From: Thermoanaerobaculia bacterium
GTDB lineage: Bacteria; Acidobacteriota; Thermoanaerobaculia; Thermoanaerobaculales; Sulfomarinibacteraceae
Assembly (NCBI GenBank): GCA_027061805.1
Contig: JAMOWA010000007.1
Coordinates: 658 to 64,657 of the forward strand
DNA: 64,000 nucleotides
Direction of reading: 5' to 3'
In this document: positions 18,863 through 28,110 of the stretch, in pieces
Position numbering within the stretch: position 1 is the stretch's first letter
Layout: every line of letters begins with the position of its first letter
Program-made: the position numbers and the translations under genes
The notes under the pieces: generated by a model
Seen by the model: only the letters and a program-made list of their open reading frames with translations
The model's database searches: none
What the model was told of the DNA's origin: nothing

Positions 18863-19178
18863 CGAGCTCCACGTGCCAGGCCCCGATGGTGCCGCCGCCG
18901 GCCAGGATCGCCGCCCGCTCCAGGACGTTGCCCGGCTCCCTGACGTTGCCCGGCCAGTGGTGGCCCTCCAGGATCCGGGCGGCCTCCTCCGGCAGGGCCA
19001 GCTCCGGCATGCCGAGCCGCCGCCGGAGCCCGTCCAGGAGGTGCTGGGCCAGCAGGAGCACGTCAACCGGGCGTTCCCGGAGCGGCGGCAGCCGGACGGG
19101 GAAGGCGCCGAGCCGGAAGAAGAGGTCCTCCCGGAATCGCCCCGCGGCCACCTCGGCCTCCAGGTCGCGGTGGGTGGC
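18863..19178 (-). pseudogene. Fragment of a sigma-54 activator AAA+ domain
   Basis: [23 protein letters not shown]...LPPLRER...[15 protein letters not shown]; lacks Walker A/B and HTH; L-to-P in GNVREL. Confidence 0.8.
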
Positions 19179-19230
19179 CGGCAGACTCTCATCCGTTCTG
19201 CGGGCTGTCTCCGGGTCGGACCGTGAACGG

Positions 19231-19262
19231 AAGAAAACGGCGCCCCGCCGGAGCAGGGCGCC
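19231..19262 (-). terminator. Intrinsic terminator of the SLH gene
   Basis: Minus strand GGCGCCCTGC-TCCG-GCGGGGCGCC-GTTTTCTT. Confidence 0.65.
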
Positions 19263-19289
19263 AGGGGCTTTTCACGCCGCGGAACGGGC

Positions 19290-20120
19290 TCAGAAGGACG
19301 AACCCTCGTTCCCCGACCAGTACAGGCCGAGCGCGTCGGAGAGGAACACCGCCATCTGGGCGCGGGTGAGCGGGTCATCCGGGCAGTAGTTGCCGCCGCC
19401 GCATCCCCCCGTGATGCCCGAGGCCGCCAGCGCCTCCACGAACTTGAAGGCCCAGTGGGTGGTGGGCACGTCGTTGAAGGTGGCGGTGGCCGGCGCAGGG
19501 CTCACCTGGAGGTAGTAGAGCAGCCGGATGCTCCGGATTGCCATGTCCGCCGATGCGTCCGGGAGCCTGACGATGATGTTGAAGTTCTGCTCGTCCCCCG
19601 ACGTGTCCCTGTAGGTGATGGTCTTGCTCACCGTGATGTAGGTCGAGGTGTACCCCGGGGTCCCCGAGCTCGACCAGTTCACGATGTCCTGGTAGTCGGG
19701 GTTCGTGTCGCCGTGGTACCTCGTGAGCCAGACACTGATGTCCGACGTCGAGTTGTCGTAGTAGAACACGCGGAAGCCGCCGAGAAGGGCGCCCGCAGGC
19801 AGCACCACGGGGGTCCAGACGTCGTGCAGATAGCTCCCCGAGCCCCCGCTGTGCCACAGGTACCCGGCGCCCATCTGCTGCCACGTCACGGAGGAGTTCC
19901 TGGGAACGAACGCCGGGGGCCCCAGGTGGACCATGGTGAAGTCCGACGTACCCCATGCCGGCGCCTCGCCCTGCGGGGCGAGTGCGGGATCGTCCCCGGC
20001 CACCGCCACCGGCGGGGGCGGCCCGCCGTCCGTGCTCGCCTCCTGAGCAACGGCCACTGGCGCCGAGAACAGAACGGCAGTACAGGCCACCGCGGCGAAA
20101 AGAATCAACGTATCACGCAT
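19290..20120 (-). CDS. Secreted S-layer homology (SLH) domain protein
   Basis: GAGGAGG RBS, signal peptide, C-terminal [46 protein letters not shown]. Confidence 0.9.
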   Translation of the reverse strand: MRDTLILFAAVACTAVLFSAPVAVAQEASTDGGPPPPVAVAGDDPALAPQGEAPAWGTSDFTMVHLGPPAFVPRNSSVTWQQMGAGYLWHSGGSGSYLHDVWTPVVLPAGALLGGFRVFYYDNSTSDISVWLTRYHGDTNPDYQDIVNWSSSGTPGYTSTYITVSKTITYRDTSGDEQNFNIIVRLPDASADMAIRSIRLLYYLQVSPAPATATFNDVPTTHWAFKFVEALAASGITGGCGGGNYCPDDPLTRAQMAVFLSDALGLYWSGNEGSSF

Positions 20121-20171
20121 CGCAACCTCCTCATCTTTCAAGTTCACCTGCCCGGGGGTTTCCAGGTACGG

Positions 20172-20233
20172 TCAGAAACTCTTTCTGAGACACACTACCA
20201 ATAAAGGGTAGCGGGGACGCCGACGGTTGTCAA
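20172..20233 (-). promoter_or_regulatory. Sigma-70 promoter plus downstream 7-3-7 palindromic operator for the SLH gene
   Basis: TTGACA (20228-20233)-17 nt-TACCCT (20205-20210); TCAGAAA-CTC-TTTCTGA at 20172-20188. Confidence 0.65.
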
Positions 20234-20363
20234 GGCGGCACCCCGATCCGCCGGGCCTTGCCGATCCCCCGGCTCGTCCAACTCCAGGCAACCTCGCGAA
20301 ATCGTGAAATCGGTACCGGATGGGATGCGTGGGCCGGCCTGCTCACCCCATCTGGAGCCATTC

Positions 20364-20470
20364 ATGTCCCCGATCCCATCCCTGGCCGTGTCCGTGACCC
20401 TGACGGTGATCAGCTCCCACGCTCCCCGGCTGGGCGGGGGACTCCACCCCCTCACGCCCTGACGTCCCCG
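20364..20470 (-). repeat. Inverted copy of the modular intergenic repeat
   Basis: Reverse complement reads CCCCGCCCAGCCGGGGAGC...GATCACCGTCAGGGTCACGGACACGGCCAGGGATGGGATCGGGGACA, matching 24575-24680. Confidence 0.65.
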
Positions 20471-20475
20471 CCTCC

Positions 20476-21438
20476 TCACCCCCTCCCCGGGCCCGCCGAG
20501 GGCAGCCCCACCCCCGGGGCGGGGCGCTCCAGCAGCACCTCGCGGCGGAAGCGGAAGAGCTCGGCGGGACGCCCCCCCGTGCCATGCTCACGCGAACCCG
20601 TACCCTCCACCAGCCCCCCGCGTTCCACAAGGCGGCGGAAGTTCTGCTTGTGGAGGCGAACACCGGCAAGCGCCTCCACCGCACGCTGGAGCCTGAGGAG
20701 GGTGAACCGTTCGGGGAGCAGCTCGAACACCACGGGCCGGTAGGTGATCTTGCCCCTGAGACGGCCCAGCGCCGTGGCCAGGATACGCCGGTGGTCCAGA
20801 CGCATGGTCCGTCCCAGGGCACCGACGTCCCGGCCGGACTCTCCCACCAGGCCGAGCTCGTACAGGAGCTCGTACCGCTCCAGGACCCGGTCTCCATCCC
20901 AGGGTGCGCCTCCCAGTCCGAAGGCCACCGCGGCACGCTCCCTCCGGAGGGCCCGCTCCGCCCTCCCGGACGCCCGGCGGACCCAGTCCTCCACGGCGGG
21001 CACGACCACCGAGTCGAGCACGGTGGGCCGCCCCCTCCGCCAGTCCTCCCAGGGGAAGAACGAGTAGACGTCGCGCCAGCGGGCGGTCAGCTCCCCGGGA
21101 ACCTTCCCTTCCCGTACAAGGGCCAGGTAACCCACGGTGAGGACCCGCGGACCTCCCTCCCGTTCACGGGGATCACGGAAGCGGTCCCCGAAGGTGTAGA
21201 GCTGCTCCACGTAGCCGAGCTCCATGCCCGCCTGGCGAGTCACCCACCGGCGGAGGGCAAGGTCCAGGGTCCGGTCACCGGCGGGGTCGAGGGGACCGGT
21301 GGGGAGACCCGGAGATGTCCGGCCGTCCGAAACTGTCAGCACCCTGGGCTGATCGTCCGTGACCGCCACGATCACGGCCGAAAGCTCCACCTCCACGCCG
21401 CCGGAGCCTCCACCTCGCGTGCTGGCCGTCAATGGCAC
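20476..21438 (-). CDS. nrtR: NrtR-like Nudix/winged-helix transcriptional regulator
   Basis: [48 protein letters not shown]. Confidence 0.88.
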   Translation of the reverse strand: MPLTASTRGGGSGGVEVELSAVIVAVTDDQPRVLTVSDGRTSPGLPTGPLDPAGDRTLDLALRRWVTRQAGMELGYVEQLYTFGDRFRDPREREGGPRVLTVGYLALVREGKVPGELTARWRDVYSFFPWEDWRRGRPTVLDSVVVPAVEDWVRRASGRAERALRRERAAVAFGLGGAPWDGDRVLERYELLYELGLVGESGRDVGALGRTMRLDHRRILATALGRLRGKITYRPVVFELLPERFTLLRLQRAVEALAGVRLHKQNFRRLVERGGLVEGTGSREHGTGGRPAELFRFRREVLLERPAPGVGLPSAGPGRG

Positions 21439-21564
21439 CTCCCCCTCTTCGATGGTGGAACCATCCTCGGCCGCCGGACCGCCCCCTGTCAAGAAAGAGC
21501 GGCCCCCCTCCCGGACGCGCATCCCCCGTCCGCTGCGCTATGGTGGAGAACCGAGGGGGTCCCC

Positions 21565-22362
21565 ATGAACGCACCATCGCTCCGACCCATCACCGAGGTC
21601 GCGGCCGGTCTCGGCATCCGGCCCGAGCACCTGGTCCCCTATGGCACCGACAAGGCCAAGGTCCGCCCGGAGGCCCGGGAGAACGGCCGCGCCCCCGGCC
21701 GGCTGATCCTGGTCTCGGCCATCACGCCCACACCGGCGGGCGAGGGAAAGACCACCACCTCCATCGGGCTGGCCCAGGGCTTCGCCCGCATCGGGGAGAG
21801 CGTCTGCCTGGCCCTGCGGGAGCCCTCCCTGGGGCCCACCTTCGGTGTCAAGGGCGGCGCCACCGGTGGCGGCATGGCCACCGTGGAGCCCGCCGAGGAG
21901 ATCAACCTCCACTTCACCGGGGACTTCCACGCGGTGACCTCGGCCCACGACCTTCTCGCCGCCATGCTGGACAACCACCTGCAACACGGCGATCCCCTCC
22001 GCATCGACCCCCGGAGGGTGCTCTGGCGGCGGGTCATCGACCTCAACGACAGGGCCCTCCGGCACGTGGTCATCGGCCTGGGCGGGGCGCTCCAGGGCGT
22101 ACCCCGGGAGACCGGCTTCGACATCACCCCCGCCTCGGAGATCATGGCGGCCCTGTGCCTGGCCGAGGACGTGGAGGACCTCCGGGCCCGCCTCTCACGG
22201 ATCATCGTGGCGCTGACCTTCGACCGGGAACCCGTCACTGCAGCCGACCTCAAGGCGGTGGGCGCCATGCTGGGCGACATCCTCAGGATGCCCGGCCTCC
22301 CCACCTCGCCCCAGGCCGAGCGCATGGACCTGGTGGACGGAAGGGTCACGGGGTTGCGGTAA
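21565..22362 (+). pseudogene. fhs: Formate--tetrahydrofolate ligase with a large in-frame internal deletion (265 aa)
   Basis: [57 protein letters not shown]; then jumps from LKAVGAM straight to the C-terminal [10 protein letters not shown]...GRVTGL. Confidence 0.88.
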
Positions 22363-23366
22363 TGGCGGAGGAGCCAGGGTTGCCGCACTCCGGGAGTGAA
22401 GGCCACCGGGAGGGCACCGGGACCGGTCCCGAACGGCGGTCCATCACTCCCTCCCAGGCGGGAACCGTCAGCTGCCTTCTCTTCCTTCTCGTGTACCTCC
22501 TGACCAGGACGAGGGACCTGGCCGGGGACAGCATCGTCTACGCATTGTCGGTGGATGGGTTCCTGAGCCGGGGCAACGTGGAGCATACGGTGGCCTCCAT
22601 GCCGTTGCTGGCGGTGCTCGGGGTCACCGGGGCCGGATCCCTCCCCAGACGGTTGCCGGGATCGGTTCTCCTGGGCCTCACCGCCATTCTCATGGCGGTC
22701 GGGAACGGTCTCGGCTCGGCCATCCCCCAGTCCCGCCCGGAGAACGGGAGGATCTGGGTGATCTCCGAGTTCATCCGCCGGGCCGTCCCGGAGGACGGGC
22801 TGCTCCTCGGCGTCGGTTCCGATCCCACCCTCCGCCTCGGGTTGCAGTACCTGTCGGGACGCCACGTGGTGGATCTCACACTGGCCGTTGCCAGCGCCCG
22901 CCGGCAGGGTCGCGAGGCACGGCTCGCCCTGGACTACTGGCTGGGCCGCGCACGGGCAGCGGGCACCGTCTGGCTCCTGCCGGATGTTCTGGAGAACGGG
23001 TCGACCACCGTCGTGGAGCGCCTCGGAATTCCACCTTCCGACTGGGCTCTGGCCCTGTCCCGTTTCCGTCCGCAGGCCACCAGGCGCCTGGAGCCCGACG
23101 GGGTGGTCATCCGGAGGACCTTCACGCTGGTCCAAGCGGAATATCGCGATTCCCGGCAGGACCATCGTCCGGCTCACCACGCCCGGACCCGCGTGCCGCG
23201 GCCGGTTCCACATCACCGGCCAGCATCCGTCCCAGGTACCGTCCCAGCGCGAGGAGCGTCAGGGAGGGCGGCAGGCCCCAGGCCTCCGGGATCACCGAGC
23301 AGTCGCAGACGTGGAGGTTTGCCACCTCCGTCCGGAGGGAGGCGTCCACGACCTCGCCGAGCTTGA
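22362..23366 (+). pseudogene. Membrane (GT-C glycosyltransferase-like) protein, probably internally deleted and with a read-through 3' end
   Basis: Coupled to fhs by TAATG; LLFLLVYLLTRTRDLAGDSIVY followed abruptly by GNVEH; ORF overlaps the convergent GMC gene by ~245 bp. Confidence 0.45.
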
Positions 23367-24501
23367 CCGTAGCTCCCGGGTGGACCGCCAGGTACCAGCT
23401 CCTGTAGATCCTCCGGGCCCCGGCGCGCTCCAGGATCTCCCTGGCCCGGCGGTGGCCGGAGAGGAGTCGCTCGCGCTCGACCTCACCGAGACGCTTGCGG
23501 ATCCCACCCCTCCCGGTGAGACGGCCACCGAGCTCGTCCCGGATCTTCACCATCACGGGGAGCATGCGAGCGTGTCCCGCAAGGCGATCCACACGGCCCA
23601 CCTGAGCGGTGAAGAACCAGTGGAGCCAGCGGGGCAGCACCAGGTCCGTCATCATGTACCCCTCCTCCACGAGGTGGACCCCCGCCGCCATGGGGAACTC
23701 GGCGCCACCCTCGAGGCCGGGCACCTCTCCGATGGTGAACAGCAGCGGATCGAAGAAGAAGTCGGTCCCGACCCCGTCGAAGCCGCTGGCGCGCAGGATG
23801 GCGGGCGTGCCCAGGCCACCCGCCGAGAGGACGACCCTCCCGGCCGTCGCCCTGTGGATCGACCCGCCGCAGGTGTACTCGACCCCGGTGGCCACCCAGC
23901 CGTCGTGCAGCACACGCCGCACCTGCGCACCCGTCATCAGCACCGCCCCGTGTTCGCAGGCCTCGTCCACGAACTCCCGCGAGGTCCACTTCGCCCCGTG
24001 GGGACACCCCACCACGCACAGGTCGCATCCCGTGCGGCACCGGTCCTGGTGGACCATCTTGGGGAGCTTCTCCCAGGCGTGGCCCAGCTCCCGGGCGCTC
24101 TCCATGAGCCGCCGTGCCGCGGGTCCCAGCAGCCCGTCGTCCAACGGTGCGATGGGCAGCTCCCGCCGGAGCGCCGCCACCTCGGGGCGCAGGTCGATGC
24201 CGTGGGCGTCGAACATGCCGTAGGGCGGCTCGAAGGCGGTGGCGTAGTAGAAGGCCGAGCTGCCCCCCACGGTGATCCCGTGGGCCAGCGCCAGGAGGTC
24301 GGGCGTGAAGTGCAGGCTCCTCCCGGGGACCATGGCCTTCCGGAGGAACTGGACGGCCGAGCCCCGCAACGGCTCCCCCGACCCCCGCTCCAGGATCAGG
24401 ACCCGCCAGCCCTGCCGGGCCAGCTCCCGGGCCACGCTTCCCCCGCCGGGCCCCGTCCCCACCACGATGGCGTCGAACGCCGTCTTTCCGAGGATCTCCA
24501 T
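23122..24501 (-). CDS. GMC family FAD oxidoreductase
   Basis: DAIVVGTGPGG, ILERG, VGGSS, CRTGCDLCVVGCPHGAK, HPGAT, NLHVCDCSVIP...PPSLT. Confidence 0.9.
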   Translation of the reverse strand: MEILGKTAFDAIVVGTGPGGGSVARELARQGWRVLILERGSGEPLRGSAVQFLRKAMVPGRSLHFTPDLLALAHGITVGGSSAFYYATAFEPPYGMFDAHGIDLRPEVAALRRELPIAPLDDGLLGPAARRLMESARELGHAWEKLPKMVHQDRCRTGCDLCVVGCPHGAKWTSREFVDEACEHGAVLMTGAQVRRVLHDGWVATGVEYTCGGSIHRATAGRVVLSAGGLGTPAILRASGFDGVGTDFFFDPLLFTIGEVPGLEGGAEFPMAAGVHLVEEGYMMTDLVLPRWLHWFFTAQVGRVDRLAGHARMLPVMVKIRDELGGRLTGRGGIRKRLGEVERERLLSGHRRAREILERAGARRIYRSWYLAVHPGATVKLGEVVDASLRTEVANLHVCDCSVIPEAWGLPPSLTLLALGRYLGRMLAGDVEPAAARGSGRGEPDDGPAGNRDIPLGPA

Positions 24502-24541
24502 GCCGCCTCCACCGTCCCGAGCGTCCGCTGGGCCCAGTCTA

Positions 24542-24922
24542 CCCCCGCCCGCCCGGTGGGGAGGTGAAGACCTTCCCCACCCACCCCGGGGAGCAGGGGT
24601 GCAGGGGTGCAGGGGTGCAGGAGAGCCGATCACCGTCAGGGACACAGTCACCGACACGACCAGGGACGGGGTCGGGGACACGGACGGAATCAAGGACAGG
24701 GCCAGGGTCTGGGACACGGGTGGGCGGGTGGGGGTCGCACCTCGCACGGCAGGATGGGCGGGTGTCGCACGGACCGGCGGACCGGCGGGCGCCGCGGTCA
24801 AGACAACCGTAAAGACGTGAGGGAGTCAGGACGTGAAGACGTGAAGACGTGAAGACGGAGAAGCATCCCACATCAGCTGGAAGCGCCTCATTCGTTTCAC
24901 GTTTCACGTTTCACGTTTCACG
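24542..24922. repeat. Composite intergenic tandem-repeat element
   Basis: GCAGGGGT x3 (24593-24616), hexamer run (24627-24720), GTGAAGAC x3 (24833-24856), GTTTCAC x4 (24894-24921). Confidence 0.85.
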
Positions 24923-24948
24923 GATGGCCGGGCGGGCGCCCTCCCCGC

Positions 24949-26178
24949 TCACCCTCGCAGAGCCTCCACCGGCGTCAGGCGCGCGGCCCGGAGCGAGGGG
25001 TAGGCCCCGGCCGCCAGGCCGATGCCCACGGCGAAGAGGGCCGCCAGGGTCACGGCGAAGCCCGAGATGGGGAGGCCGGCCTCGAAATGGGGCCCCAGCA
25101 CAATGCAGAGTCCCGCCCCGAGCCCCGTCCCCACGAGCGCCCCCAGCACCGAGAGGAACACGGCCTCCACCAGGAACTGCACCAGCATGTCCACGTCCCG
25201 CGCTCCCATGGACTTGCGGAGGCCGATCTCGTAGAGCCGCTCGGCCAGCGAGATCTGGAGCACCGAGAAGATCCCCACGCCGCCCACCACCAGGGAGATG
25301 GCGGAGATGGCGAAGAGCACCACGGTCCAGCCCCGGAGCAGGTCCCCGATCTGGGCCTCCTCCCGCAGGATCTCGGCCGCCGTGTTCTCCACCTCGAAGT
25401 CCTCCACCCGGTTGTGGTGGCGCCACAGGTGGTTCTTGAGGGCGGCCAGCGTCCCGCCCAGCCCCTCGGTCCCGGCCACGCGGATGACCATGAGCGGCAC
25501 CCGCTCGCCACCCCCGTGGACGTCAGCCCAGGTGCTGAGCGGGATGATCGCGCTCCGCATCTCCCGTCGGGCGAAGCCGCCGTTGACGAAGGAGTTGCCG
25601 ATCTTCGCCCCCACGCCCACCACCTGGAAGCGGTGGTCCCCGATCCTGATCCAGCGGCCCACAACCTTGCCGGATCCGAAGAGCTCGGTGGCCAGCAGGT
25701 GACCCACCACTGCCACTCTCCGGTGCCGCTCCACATCCACCGCCGAGATGAACCGCCCCTGCGCCATCCTCCTCCGGAGGACCTCGCGGAAGTCCGGCGT
25801 GGTCCCCACCACGGGGACCGAGACCCCGGTCTCGCCCCATGCCACCAGCCGGTGGGTCCTGGCGTAGGGGGCCGCGGCGGCGACCAGGGAGCTCGACGCC
25901 ACGAGCCGCCGCGCATCGGAAATGGTGAGCCCCTCCGACAGGTGGCTCCGGCGCGCCTCCAGGGGCTCCCTGGGCTCGGCGTTGCTGATGAACATCACGC
26001 CGTCCAGGCCGAGGGAGGCGATCCCGTTCCACACCTCCACCTTCACGGCCTCGATGAGGCTGACCATGGTGACCACCGCCATGGTGCCCAGCACCACCCC
26101 CACCAGGGTCAGCAGCGAGCGGAGCTTGTGGCTCCAGACCTCCTCGAAGGTGGTGCGCAGCGCCTCTCCCAGTGCCAT
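24949..26178 (-). CDS. MacB/FtsX-like ABC exporter permease
   Basis: KLRSLLTLVGVVLG, ISLVVGGVGI, ERLYEIGLRKSMGA, YPSLRAARLTPVEALR. Confidence 0.93.
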   Translation of the reverse strand: MALGEALRTTFEEVWSHKLRSLLTLVGVVLGTMAVVTMVSLIEAVKVEVWNGIASLGLDGVMFISNAEPREPLEARRSHLSEGLTISDARRLVASSSLVAAAAPYARTHRLVAWGETGVSVPVVGTTPDFREVLRRRMAQGRFISAVDVERHRRVAVVGHLLATELFGSGKVVGRWIRIGDHRFQVVGVGAKIGNSFVNGGFARREMRSAIIPLSTWADVHGGGERVPLMVIRVAGTEGLGGTLAALKNHLWRHHNRVEDFEVENTAAEILREEAQIGDLLRGWTVVLFAISAISLVVGGVGIFSVLQISLAERLYEIGLRKSMGARDVDMLVQFLVEAVFLSVLGALVGTGLGAGLCIVLGPHFEAGLPISGFAVTLAALFAVGIGLAAGAYPSLRAARLTPVEALRG

Positions 26179-26185
26179 GGCGTCC

Positions 26186-27418
26186 TCACTCGTACCGCAG
26201 CGCCACCACGGGATCGAGCCGCGAGGCGCGAACGGCGGGGTACAGGCCGAAGACCAGCCCCACGACGGTGGCGGCGCCCACGGCCGCCGCGATCATGGCT
26301 GGCGTCAGCAGGATCTTCACGTAGAGGAGCTTCGAGATGGTCCAGGTGAAGCCGATGCCCACCCCGAGTCCGATGGCGCCCCCGAAGACCGTGACCACCA
26401 GGGCCTCCACCAGGAACTGGACGAAGACCTGCCAGCCCGTGGCGCCCAGGGCCTTGCGGACCCCCACGTCGCGCATCCGCGTGGTGAAGGAGGCCAGCAT
26501 GATGTTGGTGATCACGATCCCCCCCACGAGCAGGGAGATGATCCCACAGGCCAGGAAGGTGATGTTGTAGATCTGCCCCTCCCTGTTGCCCTGCTCGATG
26601 CTCTCCCTGCGGTCCCAGATCCCGAAGTCCTGCACACCGTGACGGGCCAGCAGCAGCCGCTCCAGCCCCTGACGGGCCTCGGTGTGGGCGTCGAGGCTGG
26701 CCAGGCGGAGGTTCAGCTCGTCGATCCTCTCCTCGCCGGCCGGCAGGTGCCGCTTCTTGTAGGTGGTCACCGGCACGGTGATCAACCGGTTCATCCATCC
26801 GTGGGCGTTGTACTTCGATCGCGTGTTGAAGTGGAAGACCTTCTCCTTCGTCACCCCGATCACCGTGTAGGTCACTCCCCCGATGGTGAGGGGCTTCCCC
26901 ACGGGGTCGGCGGTGCCGAAGAGCTGCCGGGCCCGGGTGGATCCCAGCACCACCACGGCCGCCGCCGTCTCCATGTCCCGGGCGCTCAGGTAGCGCCCGC
27001 TGGCCATCTCGAGCTTCCGCATCCGCTGGAACTCCGGTTCGATGGCCGAGATCCGGCACCGCATCTCGGTGCGGCCCGCACGGACCCTGTGGGACCGCGA
27101 GATCTCCGCCACCACCAGGTCGAAGCCGGGGAGCGTCTCGCGGATGGCCTCGGCGTCGGCGAGCTTCAGCCCCATGCGCGAACGCTGGCGGGCGGAGAGC
27201 GTGAGCTCCGAGGGCGTCCGGTTGTACACGCCCATGAGCCGGGTGCCGCCGCTCTCGCGGTAGTACTCCTGCCGGGCGGCGTCCTGGCCCGAGGTCAGCC
27301 CCAGCGTGGCCACCACCGAGGCCACGCCCAGGATCACCCCCAGGGTCTGGAGGAGGGTCCGGCCGGCGTGCTCCCGGATCTCCACGAATCCCTCGCGGGC
27401 GAACTGGAGGAGGTTCAC
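26186..27418 (-). CDS. MacB/FtsX-like ABC exporter permease
   Basis: RTLLQTLGVILGVAS, ISLLVGGIVITNIML, RKALGA, YPAVRASRLDPVVALRYE. Confidence 0.93.
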   Translation of the reverse strand: MNLLQFAREGFVEIREHAGRTLLQTLGVILGVASVVATLGLTSGQDAARQEYYRESGGTRLMGVYNRTPSELTLSARQRSRMGLKLADAEAIRETLPGFDLVVAEISRSHRVRAGRTEMRCRISAIEPEFQRMRKLEMASGRYLSARDMETAAAVVVLGSTRARQLFGTADPVGKPLTIGGVTYTVIGVTKEKVFHFNTRSKYNAHGWMNRLITVPVTTYKKRHLPAGEERIDELNLRLASLDAHTEARQGLERLLLARHGVQDFGIWDRRESIEQGNREGQIYNITFLACGIISLLVGGIVITNIMLASFTTRMRDVGVRKALGATGWQVFVQFLVEALVVTVFGGAIGLGVGIGFTWTISKLLYVKILLTPAMIAAAVGAATVVGLVFGLYPAVRASRLDPVVALRYE

Positions 27419-28110
27419 GCCGCGGCCTCCCCCCTCCCGTCCACGATCCGGCCGTCCACCAGGGTGATGGTCCGGCCCGCCCTCCGGGCGATGCCGGGAT
27501 CGTGGGTCACCACGATGATGGTCTGGCCCCTGGCGTGCATGGCCTCGAAGAGCTCCAGGATCTCCGAGCCCGTCTGCTGGTCCAGGTTGCCGGTGGGCTC
27601 GTCGGCCATGATCACCGAGGGCTCCGTCACCAGCGCCCGGGCGATGGCGGCACGCTGCCGCTGGCCTCCAGACAGCTCGCCCGGCCGGTGCCGGGCGCGG
27701 TGGACCAGCCCCACCATCTCCAGGGCCTCCATGGCCCGCCGGCGGCGCTCCTGGCGCCCCACGCCGGCGTACAGGAGCGGCAGCTCCACGTTGCGGAGCA
27801 GCGAGGCCCTGGGCAGCAGGTTGAAGCTCTGGAAGATGAATCCGATCTCCCGGTTCCGGAGGTGCGCCAGGTGCCGCGCCCCCAGCGAGGAGACCTCGGT
27901 GCCGTCCAGGAGGTAGGAGCCCGCCGTGGGTGTGTCGAGCAGACCCAGGATGTGCATGAGCGTGGATTTCCCGGATCCCGAGGGTCCCATGACGGCCACG
28001 TGCTCGCCCCGCTGGAGGACCAGGTCCACCTCCCTGAGGGCGTGGACCGCCACCTCCCCGGCCCCGTAGACCTTGCACACACCCTGGAGGCGGATCAGGG
28101 GCTCGCTCAC
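27415..28110 (-). CDS. LolD/MacB-type ABC ATP-binding protein
   Basis: GPSGSGKST, LSGGQRQR, ADEPTGNLD, VVTHD. Confidence 0.96.
   Translation of the reverse strand: MSEPLIRLQGVCKVYGAGEVAVHALREVDLVLQRGEHVAVMGPSGSGKSTLMHILGLLDTPTAGSYLLDGTEVSSLGARHLAHLRNREIGFIFQSFNLLPRASLLRNVELPLLYAGVGRQERRRRAMEALEMVGLVHRARHRPGELSGGQRQRAAIARALVTEPSVIMADEPTGNLDQQTGSEILELFEAMHARGQTIIVVTHDPGIARRAGRTITLVDGRIVDGRGEAAA

Noticed and set aside
21463-21492. TTGACA-type promoter for nrtR
   Set aside because: No acceptable -10 at 16-18 bp (best is GAGGAT)
20584-21564. Apparent long N-terminal fusion to Fhs
   Set aside because: Overlaps the NrtR gene on the opposite strand; Fhs homology begins at ATG 21565
24542-24922. 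Possible CRISPR array
   Set aside because: Units are 6-8 bp tandem repeats with no unique spacers, and there are no cas genes in the window
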